Sequence record: MW879344.1 | Strand: one strand, 5' to 3' | Length of the DNA stretch: 64,000 bases | Part shown: in pieces, positions 33,653-43,771 of the stretch | How positions within the stretch are numbered: position 1 is the stretch's first letter | How the letters are laid out: each line of letters begins with the position of its first letter | Translations under genes and position numbers: made by a program | Notes under the pieces: generated by a model | Databases searched by the model: none | The model's input: the letters and a program-made list of their open reading frames with translations, nothing else | Told to the model about the DNA's origin: nothing

Positions 33653-34131
33653 TGAACATTAGTACTAATTCGTGGCATTACAAAATGAATGAGTTTGTGT
33701 ATGAGTTCTTGAACAAGAACGTAGCAACCTCACTCTGTGGTTATTTCTGGCAGACTGTGTTTGCTCCGATCATTACTCTAACGTTAGCTATTGTTGGATT
33801 GATTGTCATTTCCATTCTAAGTTGGGGTGCGTTATATCTAGTAGGTGCACTATTCTCTAACTTCTTAGTATGGATCAATGTTCTACCTGAAGCGTTCCAA
33901 CTTGTGAAAAACGTATTCAACTGGCGGTTCATTCCAATGTCAATCCTTTTTGACGTGTTAGTGATTGCAGTGTTCTATGGTAAGTACAAATACTCATCTT
34001 ACAAAGAACGTAAAATTGAAGAAGCTAAAGAAAAAGGTGCTCCGATTGATTCAAAACCACTATTGGTTATTGAGTATATCAAAGCTAAAAAACGTAAAAT
34101 ATGCCCATTGATCAATTTCACTGATGATTAA
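33652..34131 (+). CDS. membrane protein
   Basis: Hydrophobic core, basic tail. Confidence 0.8.
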   Translation: MNISTNSWHYKMNEFVYEFLNKNVATSLCGYFWQTVFAPIITLTLAIVGLIVISILSWGALYLVGALFSNFLVWINVLPEAFQLVKNVFNWRFIPMSILFDVLVIAVFYGKYKYSSYKERKIEEAKEKGAPIDSKPLLVIEYIKAKKRKICPLINFTDD

Positions 34132-34195
34132 TTGTAGTATAGTGCCAGTTAAATCTGGCACATTTTAAGTTAGTTCAATACAACAGGGGGTCATT

Positions 34196-34537
34196 ATGGC
34201 TCTATTCAAAAAAGGAGATGAGGTTTGTTTTGTATATGAAAAACAGATACTTACCGGAATCGTAAAAACTATTGGTTTATTGATTGGTATTAAAGTACAA
34301 TCAGGAGAAGTACTGTACGCATCAGAACAGTACGTTGCACCAATAGATGCAAAATTTTGTGTAGTTGAAACAGATCCAGAATATTCTAATTATTCTAAGA
34401 TTCGTTTAGATTACACTACTTATACCACAAGAAACAAAACATGGAATAATTGGAGTAATCAATCCTCTTGGATAAAAGAATCATTTGATCCAGTTGAACT
34501 ATGTTTAAAAACAACTGTCTATGGACTGGAGATATAA
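34196..34537 (+). CDS. hypothetical protein
   Basis: ORF. Confidence 0.75.
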   Translation: MALFKKGDEVCFVYEKQILTGIVKTIGLLIGIKVQSGEVLYASEQYVAPIDAKFCVVETDPEYSNYSKIRLDYTTYTTRNKTWNNWSNQSSWIKESFDPVELCLKTTVYGLEI

Positions 34538-34809
34538 TGGTTTACATTTTTAGCATTAACTTAACACCAGATGATGACTACTATGATTTTCTTGTAAGTA
34601 TTGTCCAAGAAGATTATTTCAAAGAACATGGCTGTCTAAATGATAAACATCTTGAGGATGAACTGTTTGATAGCATCCCTGATTTTTATGAAATCATGGA
34701 AAGTGTTTTTGAAACTGAATTATCATTATCTTCAGCACGTTCTGCATTAATTAATGCAGGGTTAATTGAAAGTACTGATCTTCATTCATTTATTGAATCA
34801 TGTAAGTAA
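34537..34809 (+). CDS. acidic hypothetical protein
   Basis: ATG 34537 after GGAG. Confidence 0.75.
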   Translation: MVYIFSINLTPDDDYYDFLVSIVQEDYFKEHGCLNDKHLEDELFDSIPDFYEIMESVFETELSLSSARSALINAGLIESTDLHSFIESCK

Positions 34810-34819
34810 GGGGTTATAT

Positions 34820-35365
34820 ATGTCTTTTAAAACTGGTCAGTGGATTGTATTAAAAGATCCTGATAATTTCAGCAAAGCTCACGGACAGAATGAAGAAATT
34901 GCTCGTGCTATTAATGGAGAAGCTATCAAAATTACGGTTATGGATCGTGATGGAGATGTACGCCGTTTTGTTAATGCTGATGGTAATCAGTTTGATATGG
35001 GACTATATCGTGCTGAACTTGAACGTTTTTTTGAACCGTTCGACAAGACTGAAGTATTTGGTAAGTTTAAATTGATTATTACTTATATTGAGAATGGTAA
35101 AACACTGGAAGAAGAAGGTGTTACGAACATTGAACTTACACATGATACAGTATCTTACAAATACAACCGTAAGAAAATGGGATTTTTAACCTATAAAGGT
35201 GAAGTTTCATTGAAGATCGATGAACTGAAGCAAATCACAGTCAGTACTCCAGCATCTGAACGTGTGTTTCACATCGAAAATGGTGTTGTAATTCGTGAGC
35301 ATATCATGTATGATAATAATCGTAAGTTTAAGAAATTCTCATTAAGGAGTAAAGGTGACAACTAA
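34820..35365 (+). CDS. hypothetical protein
   Basis: ATG 34820 after AGGGG. Confidence 0.8.
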   Translation: MSFKTGQWIVLKDPDNFSKAHGQNEEIARAINGEAIKITVMDRDGDVRRFVNADGNQFDMGLYRAELERFFEPFDKTEVFGKFKLIITYIENGKTLEEEGVTNIELTHDTVSYKYNRKKMGFLTYKGEVSLKIDELKQITVSTPASERVFHIENGVVIREHIMYDNNRKFKKFSLRSKGDN

Positions 35366-35499
35366 TTCATGGTGGGTTCGTTTTAAGAAAAAAATGAATG
35401 AACCTGTAACAATGTATCATTTTCATATAGCTATGGCATTCCTTATAGGGTACTTCGCAGCCACTATGGTCATGATAATTTTAATGTTGGGACGTTAAT

Positions 35500-35817
35500 A
35501 TGAGCAAATTCTTTGTTGTTCGGGTACAAACTAATTCTGATTATAACCATATCCGCATGGATAAATGGAATACGCCAGTACGAACCAATATATTTTCGGA
35601 ATGTACTAATTTTGAAAGCAAAGAATCTGCTCTAGCAATGATAGAGAAGTTCATGCTGGTTAGTACTTTCTATCCTCATGAAGTACTATGTTGTGATTTA
35701 GAAAATAATCCACCAGTATCTGTGGTGGCGATTTGTACATTTGTAAAGAAAAACAATGGTAAATTCGGATTACATGTACAGGATTTAACTGTTGGGGCAA
35801 GCCATCGATCAAGCTAA
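35500..35817 (+). CDS. hypothetical protein
   Basis: ORF. Confidence 0.7.
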   Translation: MSKFFVVRVQTNSDYNHIRMDKWNTPVRTNIFSECTNFESKESALAMIEKFMLVSTFYPHEVLCCDLENNPPVSVVAICTFVKKNNGKFGLHVQDLTVGASHRSS

Positions 35818-35896
35818 AAAATGTTTAAAATGGCTTGACAACAATGGAATTCAATGATATAGTACTTGTCATAATTTGCTTATTAAGAGGTTTAAT

Positions 35897-36307
35897 ATGG
35901 CATCAGCTTTAATCAATAAACTTTCTGAAAAAAATAAGTACGATGAACTCGACCCACGATTAAATCGTATCATGTTTTTAATCGATATTTTCAAAGAACG
36001 TGAAGAAAAGTATCGTGAAGTTATTAAAGTTCGTAAAAATCAAGAACGTGCGTTTGAATTAAGTAATTCTAAACGGCAAAACTATTCAGTAGTTTATACT
36101 GAACATACCGTTTTCGGTCGTACTATGAAGTTATGTGATAGTACTGAGGGTGATTTGGAATATAAACTGATTGAATTTGGTCGTAAGATTTCAAAGATCA
36201 TCAGTGCTACACCGGAAATGGTTCAAAATGAAAAGGTTGCAAGCTTCCTTTATAATATGGAATTCAAGTCAAACGAATATAAAAACAAGCATCAATATGA
36301 TCATTAA
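35897..36307 (+). CDS. hypothetical protein
   Basis: After TTGACA promoter, GAGG SD. Confidence 0.8.
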   Translation: MASALINKLSEKNKYDELDPRLNRIMFLIDIFKEREEKYREVIKVRKNQERAFELSNSKRQNYSVVYTEHTVFGRTMKLCDSTEGDLEYKLIEFGRKISKIISATPEMVQNEKVASFLYNMEFKSNEYKNKHQYDH

Positions 36308-36321
36308 ATAAAAAAAAAGAC

Positions 36322-36444
36322 TTGACACCACCGTTCATTATGATATACTGAACAGGCTAAGAAGGAAGTTCACCACGAAGCCATACCGAGGCTTCAAAAT
36401 AAAATAAAATAGTACTTGACAGACGAAACGCTAGATGGTACTAT
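36322..36444 (+). promoter_or_regulatory. two sigma70-type promoters
   Basis: TTGACA...TATACT (36322-36349) and TTGACA-N17-TACTAT (36416-36444). Confidence 0.75.
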
Positions 36445-36450
36445 GTAGTC

Positions 36451-37385
36451 TCTAAAGAAGACATACGATTAACTAGAAAGAGGATTGAACGCAAATGTAA
36501 CAGTTTAACTATAATCTTTTATAATATAACCTAGTCGAATCTAAAAAATTTATTCAGCAGTAACCGTTGCAGGGTGGAATGTCTCTACTCTGACAAACAA
36601 TGAGGGATACGATCATGAAGTAATTTAAACACTTTAAACATCGATCTTAAATATTGCCTGAGTTAAAGTGCAGTACGGGACGGCGATAAGCAAAGTTGCC
36701 TTCTACTATGATCTGCATGACTACATTGCAAATGAACGTGTATCCAATGAAAGGATACAAGTGGAGAGGAAACCGATTCACGTGGTACAACCAGTAATCG
36801 GCAGAGAATCGTTGAAGCTGTTCATGTTGACTTCGCCATTCAAAGTAATGGCAAGCTACTTAGTACTGGAAGTATATTTTGTCGTATCATCACATTATAG
36901 GGGACATGAAGCCCGTATAATGGGGGTTACGCGGGGATTGCCAGCAGGATTAAGTAGACAATATGAGGGAAACACTACTAACTGAACACGGTTAGATGAA
37001 GTCAATGAAGTGACTTTCCCCTGATACGTCAGTGGGTTCCGGTAGACGCAGGCCGGAGAGTGTTTCAAACAAGTGCAAGTTGTACAGCGTAGGTACAACA
37101 CCCTTTCGAGGGAAGCTGTGAGAAGCGGCACTTGTCGAACATCCCGAACGATGTTCACACAAAGACTTGCAGTACTACGAAGTTTAATGCTATAATCAGT
37201 TCGGTGAGGACTAGCATTAAGCGATTTCAACGCCCCTACGGTACGTACCATAATGTCGTACCTGTTCTGTGGCAGAGCATATCCGACTAGCTTAGAACTA
37301 GATGCTCAATTACCTACAAGGGTCAACCCAAGTGAGGTAAAGATGTTTCGGATTCCAACCCGCCGGAGGTGTTCCGGCAACTTTT
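36451..37385 (+). ncRNA. candidate large structured ncRNA (~930 nt)
   Basis: Promoter-led, GC-richer than flanks, more than 10 hairpins, terminal GCCGGA/TCCGGC hairpin then T-tract. Confidence 0.7.
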
Positions 37386-37400
37386 AATTTAGAGGTAGTT

Positions 37401-37868
37401 ATGTTTACAAACTTCCGTTATATTCGTTGGGACCGAGTTTTTTCATATATCATTCTTCCGTTTTTGTGCTGTTTAATCTTATATTTTCTTTGGATGTTTT
37501 TCACATCAATAACAAAGATACGTGAAAATTACATCAATCGTACTGAAACTTTTCACATAACAGCAAATGTTGTTAAAATAAAATATGATGAAGTTTATAC
37601 TGCTCGTCATAATAAACGCCGACATACCTATTATCCAGTACTGGTAGAAGATTCAAATGGTGTACAATATCAATACACATTTGATACTCGTACAAATGAT
37701 AACTGGAGTCCATCAATTGGTACACAAGTTTATAAAGATTGTTGGACAGAAGTTGATGGTAAAAAGTTGTGCAGTGAATATTGGAATGAAGATTTTGAGT
37801 ATGTAAAAACTAAAAAACAGCTTGACACCAACCGCCCAAGTAGTGTATCATCTAAATCAATCAATTAA
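37401..37868 (+). CDS. membrane-anchored hypothetical protein
   Basis: GAGG SD, N-terminal TM. Confidence 0.8.
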   Translation: MFTNFRYIRWDRVFSYIILPFLCCLILYFLWMFFTSITKIRENYINRTETFHITANVVKIKYDEVYTARHNKRRHTYYPVLVEDSNGVQYQYTFDTRTNDNWSPSIGTQVYKDCWTEVDGKKLCSEYWNEDFEYVKTKKQLDTNRPSSVSSKSIN

Positions 37869-38057
37869 GTGAGGTAATTATCATGAAAGAATATATTGTA
37901 GAGTACTTTTTACCAAAAAGTTCAATTCCTTTAGCAACTCGTCAATTCGCACATTCCGAAGCAAATGCACGAAGTGCTGCTAAAGCAGAAAAGGGACAGG
38001 ATATAATTATTCGTAGCACCCGCCTTGCATAATAACTATTAAGTAAGTAAAATTGAG

Positions 38058-38083
38058 AAAAAGCCAGTTAACGCTGGCTTTTT
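38058..38083 (+). terminator. intrinsic terminator
   Basis: AAAAAGCCAG-TTAACG-CTGGCTTTTT. Confidence 0.8.
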
Positions 38084-38127
38084 CTGTTGGATAAAATCAA
38101 TTGTTGTAATTTTGTACGGAGAAAAAT

Positions 38128-39120
38128 GTGAGCATCAAAAAGCTAAACTTAGATGAAATTCAGGATGAGATTCTAGATGAGTGTTTTAACAGTGAAGATA
38201 AAACACTTGACTCGTTAGTTGTCGATGAAGATGATTTCGAAGTAGAAAGTACCGAAGAAGTTATCGATACTGGTCTAACTATGGATAAGATTAAATCCAA
38301 AGTAAAAACAGAGCAGTACATCAGTAATGAAGTTTTAGTTCGTAATGTACAGAATAATATTGATGTTGAACGTTCAAAAGAACTTCTAATCATGTTCAAC
38401 AGTGGCTTAGTGTATAACGAAGCAAAGAACTGTACTTGTAACATTCCGTTCCAAGATAAAGTACAATACGGTTTTGAAGGATTAATGAAAGCTATCTATG
38501 GTTTCAATACAAACTTCAAAACAATGTTCAGTACTTATGCAACTACCGCGATCCGTCAACATATGTACCGAAACGGAAACAACGATGTGCGTATGGTAGC
38601 GTTACCAGAGCATCTATCAATGCACAATATCCGCATCCAGAGCTTCATTGAGAAGACCATGCAGGACAGTACTGGCTACCCTACGCACGAACAGATCTCA
38701 GAGGGTACGGGCATTGACATTCGTTCAGTGAAGCGTATAATGAACTACAACAGCAACACATTCAGCATCGACACCCCAATGAATCGCGGTGGGGATGAAG
38801 GGTCACAACAGACTCTAAAAGATATGATTCCTGGTGAAAGTGGGGATTACATCGTAGATGAACGTTGTGTAAGTAAAGACTTCCTAAGCACAATGGAAGA
38901 TATTATGAATGAACTAGAAGAACATGAACGTGTATTGTTAGGTTTAGTTCATGGTTTAGATGGTTATCGTATTCATACATTTGATGAAATTATTAGTACT
39001 GGATATATCGACAGTACTGGTAAGTATGTTTCATCTAAAGCAACATTATCTCGCCGTTATAGTGCTGTGATGGATAAAGTACGCCGCATTGTTGAACGTA
39101 AACAAATCAGTTTTGACTAA
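38128..39120 (+). CDS. sigma70-family RNA polymerase sigma factor
   Basis: Region 2 NSGLV..EAK, GLMKAI..F..FSTYATTAIR; region 3 PTHEQI, SIDTP; region 4-like LEEHER...TFDEI. Confidence 0.85.
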   Translation: MSIKKLNLDEIQDEILDECFNSEDKTLDSLVVDEDDFEVESTEEVIDTGLTMDKIKSKVKTEQYISNEVLVRNVQNNIDVERSKELLIMFNSGLVYNEAKNCTCNIPFQDKVQYGFEGLMKAIYGFNTNFKTMFSTYATTAIRQHMYRNGNNDVRMVALPEHLSMHNIRIQSFIEKTMQDSTGYPTHEQISEGTGIDIRSVKRIMNYNSNTFSIDTPMNRGGDEGSQQTLKDMIPGESGDYIVDERCVSKDFLSTMEDIMNELEEHERVLLGLVHGLDGYRIHTFDEIISTGYIDSTGKYVSSKATLSRRYSAVMDKVRRIVERKQISFD

Positions 39121-39132
39121 GAGAGGTTATGC

Positions 39133-39570
39133 ATGTTTTTAGATTGTCCTGATATTCTTTCAGATAAAATGATTGACAATAATGAATTAGTTCATATTGT
39201 AATTAAACAAAAACGAAATCGTAAGTTGCCACAAGAACAACGAAGTGTTTTGACTAAAGCATATAGCCGTTATGTTAAAAAATTACATAAACGTCAGGCT
39301 GAAGTACTGAAGAAAAAAGAACAAAGTAAGGCACAAAAGTATAATTCTGCACGTCCACACGGTTTTCGTTATCGTTCTGCAAAAGAAATTTCAGAATTGA
39401 TGATTAAAAATCCTGTAGTACTGGCTAAAGCAAAAACTTATCTAAGTAAGAAAGTTCGTTCTCGTGCTACAGACACATTTTTGCAAAAAATGGATTCAGC
39501 CTTAGCATTATATTGTGCAAAAACTGGTGATGTAAAAATCAAATATAAGTTGGATATTCTAAATCCATAA
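39133..39570 (+). CDS. basic hypothetical protein
   Basis: GAGG SD, Lys/Arg-rich. Confidence 0.8.
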   Translation: MFLDCPDILSDKMIDNNELVHIVIKQKRNRKLPQEQRSVLTKAYSRYVKKLHKRQAEVLKKKEQSKAQKYNSARPHGFRYRSAKEISELMIKNPVVLAKAKTYLSKKVRSRATDTFLQKMDSALALYCAKTGDVKIKYKLDILNP

Positions 39571-39581
39571 GGGTTATAATA

Positions 39582-40289
39582 ATGTCACATAAAGATAAAC
39601 GTTCTGTAAGTACTGATGCGTTAGATACGCTTGGTACTATTCATACACGCGATGAACATCGTGATGCAATCCATCTTGGAGTAGAACCAGTTATTGCTGG
39701 TGAAGATATTGCAGTTGGTGCTAATATTGGTATTGGGACTGATGGTAAAGCATATGCTACTGATTTCCGTTCAGATATTAAAGCTGTAGGTATTTCTGAT
39801 CCATTCCTACGCAATCGTATCAATGAAGGAGAAAGTTTCTGGTTAGTTGTATATCCACGTAAGATTACATCACTTCGTCATGTGTGGTCACATCCAGACT
39901 TTGATTCAGATGAACCAGTACTAGATATTTCTTCACTAAGTTCAGAAGAAATTATGGCTGAAGTACAAAAACGTTTAGTACAATCATCTACTCCACCAGT
40001 ACAATCATCTGCTGCACCAGAACTCGATGAAAGTCTTCGTATTGCGGAAGCATTTACATGGATTGACAATTATGCCGACAACTTAGGCTTAAATGTTGAG
40101 GAACTAATTGATTATGCTGATTCATGGGTGAACTCTCAAAAACGTGGAAGTTTTGGTGAGTACTTATGTAAAGGTGGATTACTAGAAGGTGAATGGGTAT
40201 CTGATGAGTTTTGGGATAACTATGATGTATATCGTAGTACTAAAACTTTAGATGAACATCGTGGTTCCTTCTTTACATGTTCATGTTAA
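39582..40289 (+). CDS. hypothetical protein
   Basis: ORF. Confidence 0.85.
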   Translation: MSHKDKRSVSTDALDTLGTIHTRDEHRDAIHLGVEPVIAGEDIAVGANIGIGTDGKAYATDFRSDIKAVGISDPFLRNRINEGESFWLVVYPRKITSLRHVWSHPDFDSDEPVLDISSLSSEEIMAEVQKRLVQSSTPPVQSSAAPELDESLRIAEAFTWIDNYADNLGLNVEELIDYADSWVNSQKRGSFGEYLCKGGLLEGEWVSDEFWDNYDVYRSTKTLDEHRGSFFTCSC

Positions 40290-40487
40290 AGGTATAATAT
40301 GAATAAAACATTATCTCCAGTATCAAAGATAATTGATTTACACTTGATGCCAGTTAAGAACTTGAATCAAGGAACCGGTAAGTTAGGTTTAGAGAATCAC
40401 AAAACTGAAACTATCATTGATACTACCAAAATGACTTCTGATGAAAAGAATGAATATCTGAAGAAGTTTAATAAATGAGGCAATAAT

Positions 40488-40706
40488 ATGAAAATCTTTA
40501 TTGCATTTATTGTATGTGTAATTTTAATATTCAGTATTTTGATTACAGTAATAGATCATAAACCAAAAATTACAGCATACGAATCTCAAGAAAGTACTGA
40601 GCAAAAGAAAGAAGATGAAGATGATTGTACCTATACGATGTGTAATTCATTCGGTGGTGGTATTGCTGGTGATACACTAGCAATCGGATTTATGTTCGGG
40701 GATTAA
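40488..40706 (+). CDS. small exported/membrane protein
   Basis: GAGG SD, N-terminal TM. Confidence 0.7.
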   Translation: MKIFIAFIVCVILIFSILITVIDHKPKITAYESQESTEQKKEDEDDCTYTMCNSFGGGIAGDTLAIGFMFGD

Positions 40707-40949
40707 TATGGAAAAAGAAAAAGAACGTATTGGATTAGTTGTAAGTATTAGTGTAGTACTTAAATTAAATCCAATACAGACTCAAGTTCAAAGCTTTATG
40801 TTTGAAGATATTGAAAAAGGTCGTGAGTTTGCGAAAAAACATACTACTTTGAGTACACAATTAATTGCAATTATTTAAAAAAAGGGTTGACTTCGGTCAG
40901 CCCTTTTTTGTACAATATGTATTATAAAAAATAAATCGAGATATTACTA

Positions 40950-41384
40950 ATGACACGTATAAACTTAGTGCACGTAAAAGAACTTTCAGACCAACATTTA
41001 ATGGCAGAATATCGTGAATTACCACGTGTATTCGGTGCAGTTCAGAAGCATATTGCTGCTGGTAAGAAGATTAAAGATTTTAAAATCAACCAAACTTATA
41101 TTCTTGGTACTGGTCATGTAACGTTCTTCTATGATAAATTGTTATTCTTATCATTACGACATGAACAAATAGTACTTGAATGTTTAAAACGTGGAATAAA
41201 AATTAGTAATATTGATAAGTATGATGTTTCTAATTTTCCTCCTGTGTGGTGTAATGATTATATTCCAACAGAAGCAGAAATAAGTATTTCACGTGCTCGT
41301 TTGATTGAAAAATTAAAAATGAAACCTTCTTGGTACAGGTTCAGTACTGATTCAGTTCCTAAGTATTTTGAAGATATGCTATAA
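40950..41384 (+). CDS. denV: pyrimidine-dimer DNA glycosylase / endonuclease V
   Basis: MTRINL...[15 protein letters not shown]...[13 protein letters not shown]. Confidence 0.95.
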   Translation: MTRINLVHVKELSDQHLMAEYRELPRVFGAVQKHIAAGKKIKDFKINQTYILGTGHVTFFYDKLLFLSLRHEQIVLECLKRGIKISNIDKYDVSNFPPVWCNDYIPTEAEISISRARLIEKLKMKPSWYRFSTDSVPKYFEDML

Positions 41385-41447
41385 CTTTGACTTTTTCTCA
41401 GTACGGGTAACTATACTAATTCCTGTTAGAAAAACAGTAGGTGTATA

Positions 41448-41630
41448 TTGATAAGTCAATATCTGGTAGAACACCTGAAAGAAAAAAGTTTTAAAATTGT
41501 CAATTATGATAATAGTGAAGTTGTGGTAAAAGGTAAAGCATTTCTTTCAAGGGCTGAAAAGTTTTTGGATAAAGTGAAAGATCCTCGTTACAGTACGAAT
41601 AAGAAAAACAATCTGATTATAGGTGGTTAA
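41448..41630 (+). CDS. hypothetical protein
   Basis: Short ORF with AGGTG SD. Confidence 0.5.
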   Translation: MISQYLVEHLKEKSFKIVNYDNSEVVVKGKAFLSRAEKFLDKVKDPRYSTNKKNNLIIGG

Positions 41631-41697
41631 TTAAATGAAACCACGAATTTTTTTATGGTATAATGGTGTATAGAAAGTATTATTTTAAAGGTAGCTT

Positions 41698-42295
41698 ATG
41701 ATCTACGGTATTGCAACGTATGATTCAATGATACCTACAACAAAACATCCATTATACAAAACATGGCATAATATGTTAAAACGCTGTTATTCTGCGAAAT
41801 ATCAGGAACAGCGTCCAACATATAAAGGAACTACAGTTTCTGATGAATGGCTACTATTTTCAAATTTTGAAAAATGGTGTGATTGCAAATTTATAGTTGG
41901 TTATGTTTTGGATAAGGATTTTATTGCAGGTGATTTGAAAATCTATTCACCCAAAACCTGTGCATTCATACCAAAGGAACTAAACACCTCAATTTTAGAA
42001 AGAGATTATAGTTCAGCATATCCATTAGGAGTAAGTTTAATCACTCAAAAAAAATGGTATTGCTTTTTCATCTAGAATTTCGATGTTTGGAAAAGAAAAA
42101 CATTTAGGAAATCGAGAATCAGAAAAAGATGCACATAAGTTATGGCAAATAGCTAAAAAAGATTATTTCATTAAACTTCTTGAAATTCATAAACAATTAG
42201 ATGATAATGTTTTAGATGGATTACGACGAAGGATTTCTATATTAGAAAATGATATAGAAAATGATCTGATAACAAAAAGTATTAATAAAGTATAA
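41698..42295 (+). pseudogene. HNH-type homing endonuclease split by a frameshift in an A8 run (42047-42054)
   Basis: HPLYKTWHNMLKRCY...LDKD...YSPKTCAFIP; deleting one A fuses it to FGKEKHLG... Confidence 0.7.
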
Positions 42296-42334
42296 CTCTG
42301 ATTGACAAGGGTTCCCCTTGATGAGTATATCCTG

Positions 42335-42785
42335 ATCCTATCGAAAATGTAGATGGCAGATGAGAAGTTCAATCAGTTCGGACAGCAAAAGAAACCCGTT
42401 AGATGTTGGCATAGTTTGTACCACTCACGGCAATGCGGCTGTATAAAGAAATTATTCTAGTGTATAATTTCCGTGATAGACATTTATGGCATACCCATAC
42501 TACATAAAAGGGAGAATGCTTAATTTTGGTAACAGTATAGATCCGTCCAAAATTTATGTATTCAAGTACTAGGATTGATTGTATAGTCCAAGTATTAAGT
42601 GAGCTAAAACCTCGACCGTTGTTAGAACTGAAATAGGAAGAAACAGAATAACCCGCTTCCGTACTGTAAAAGTAATTTTCAATACAATATTGCCGACGAC
42701 TATCATCGTCAGATTTCGTTCCCCTGCGGGGGGATGAAATTGCCTCAACAAATCTCGTCAGTACAATAGTATTGAACGTACATTT
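42335..42785 (+). ncRNA. candidate structured ncRNA (~450 nt)
   Basis: Promoter-like TTGACA at 42302, no convincing ORF, several hairpins. Confidence 0.4.
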
Positions 42786-42907
42786 AGAAATTGATTTTCT
42801 GTGAACGAAGTGAAAGAAAATCCTTGACTTGCTTCAGCAAGGCGAGTAAAATATCTCGTATTGAAGCAGTGAACCGTTTTATAATATTAACCAATGAGGT
42901 AATTCCG

Positions 42908-43702
42908 ATGGGCGACATTTATTTCAAATTAGCAAAAGAAGATGTAACTGGTGACAAATTACGTAAAATGGATTTGACTGATATGGATCGTCGTGATCGT
43001 GAAGACCTGTGTGAAATTCCTGGTGTACGTGAAGAACTTATTGCTATTAATATTCCAAGCCGTCTGCAAGAAACATTGCATCGCCAGAAACACCTTTCAG
43101 TAGATGAATGTATTTCTATCCTGCGTAATAGTGATCGTGTATGGGATAGTATTAGTACTATGCACCTTGATTATCCAGCAGAGGCATTGATGGAATTGGG
43201 TAACAAACTTGATTTGTACTGCATTGAGAATCAGAAAAACATCACGCCAGAATTCGTGAATAAGTTCGGTTCAAAAATGGATATTTCTACATTCATTCGT
43301 ATCCGTGAAGAACGTGGTGATATTGCAGATTTTCTTCAATGTGCACCAGTTATGAAAGTTGGGATTCAAGGTCGTATCCGCTGGACATATTCAAAAGAAA
43401 TGGCACGTAACGTTATGTTGCAGTACGCACCTAATCGTGTAGAACAAATTGATGCTGCACTTGATGAAGTCTACAGTACTATCATCAACAAAGAAACGTT
43501 GACTCGCAATTATGATATTGGTGGTTCACATAGTACTACTGATATTATGCGTTTCTTCAATCGTCACTACAACGAAGATAGTACTTTTACATGGGATGCT
43601 TTTGTAGAAAAATCTAAAGACATTGATGTTTCAGCATTGGCTGATGTATTCTGGTCAGATTTCTTACTGCCAAAATTGACTCAAGCACTCACTGCTGAAT
43701 AA
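42908..43702 (+). CDS. helical-repeat protein, paralog family
   Basis: ATG 42908 after GAGG; FxxKFxxKMD repeats. Confidence 0.75.
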   Translation: MGDIYFKLAKEDVTGDKLRKMDLTDMDRRDREDLCEIPGVREELIAINIPSRLQETLHRQKHLSVDECISILRNSDRVWDSISTMHLDYPAEALMELGNKLDLYCIENQKNITPEFVNKFGSKMDISTFIRIREERGDIADFLQCAPVMKVGIQGRIRWTYSKEMARNVMLQYAPNRVEQIDAALDEVYSTIINKETLTRNYDIGGSHSTTDIMRFFNRHYNEDSTFTWDAFVEKSKDIDVSALADVFWSDFLLPKLTQALTAE

Positions 43703-43771
43703 AAACCCCTTGACATGGCACGGTCACCGTGCCATAATGTATGTACTTTAAATGAACAGGACATAAAAATT

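Noticed and set aside
36668-37251. ORFs 36668-36985 (+) and 36895-37251 (-)
   Set aside because: No SD, atypical composition, lie within a hairpin-dense region
36451-37385. RNase P RNA, tmRNA or self-splicing intron assignment
   Set aside because: No GAGGAAAGUCC core, no tRNA-like ends, no P7 or domain V found by eye
42382-42390. ACAGCAAAA as a module copy
   Set aside because: No adjacent GAATC/GATTC-type helix
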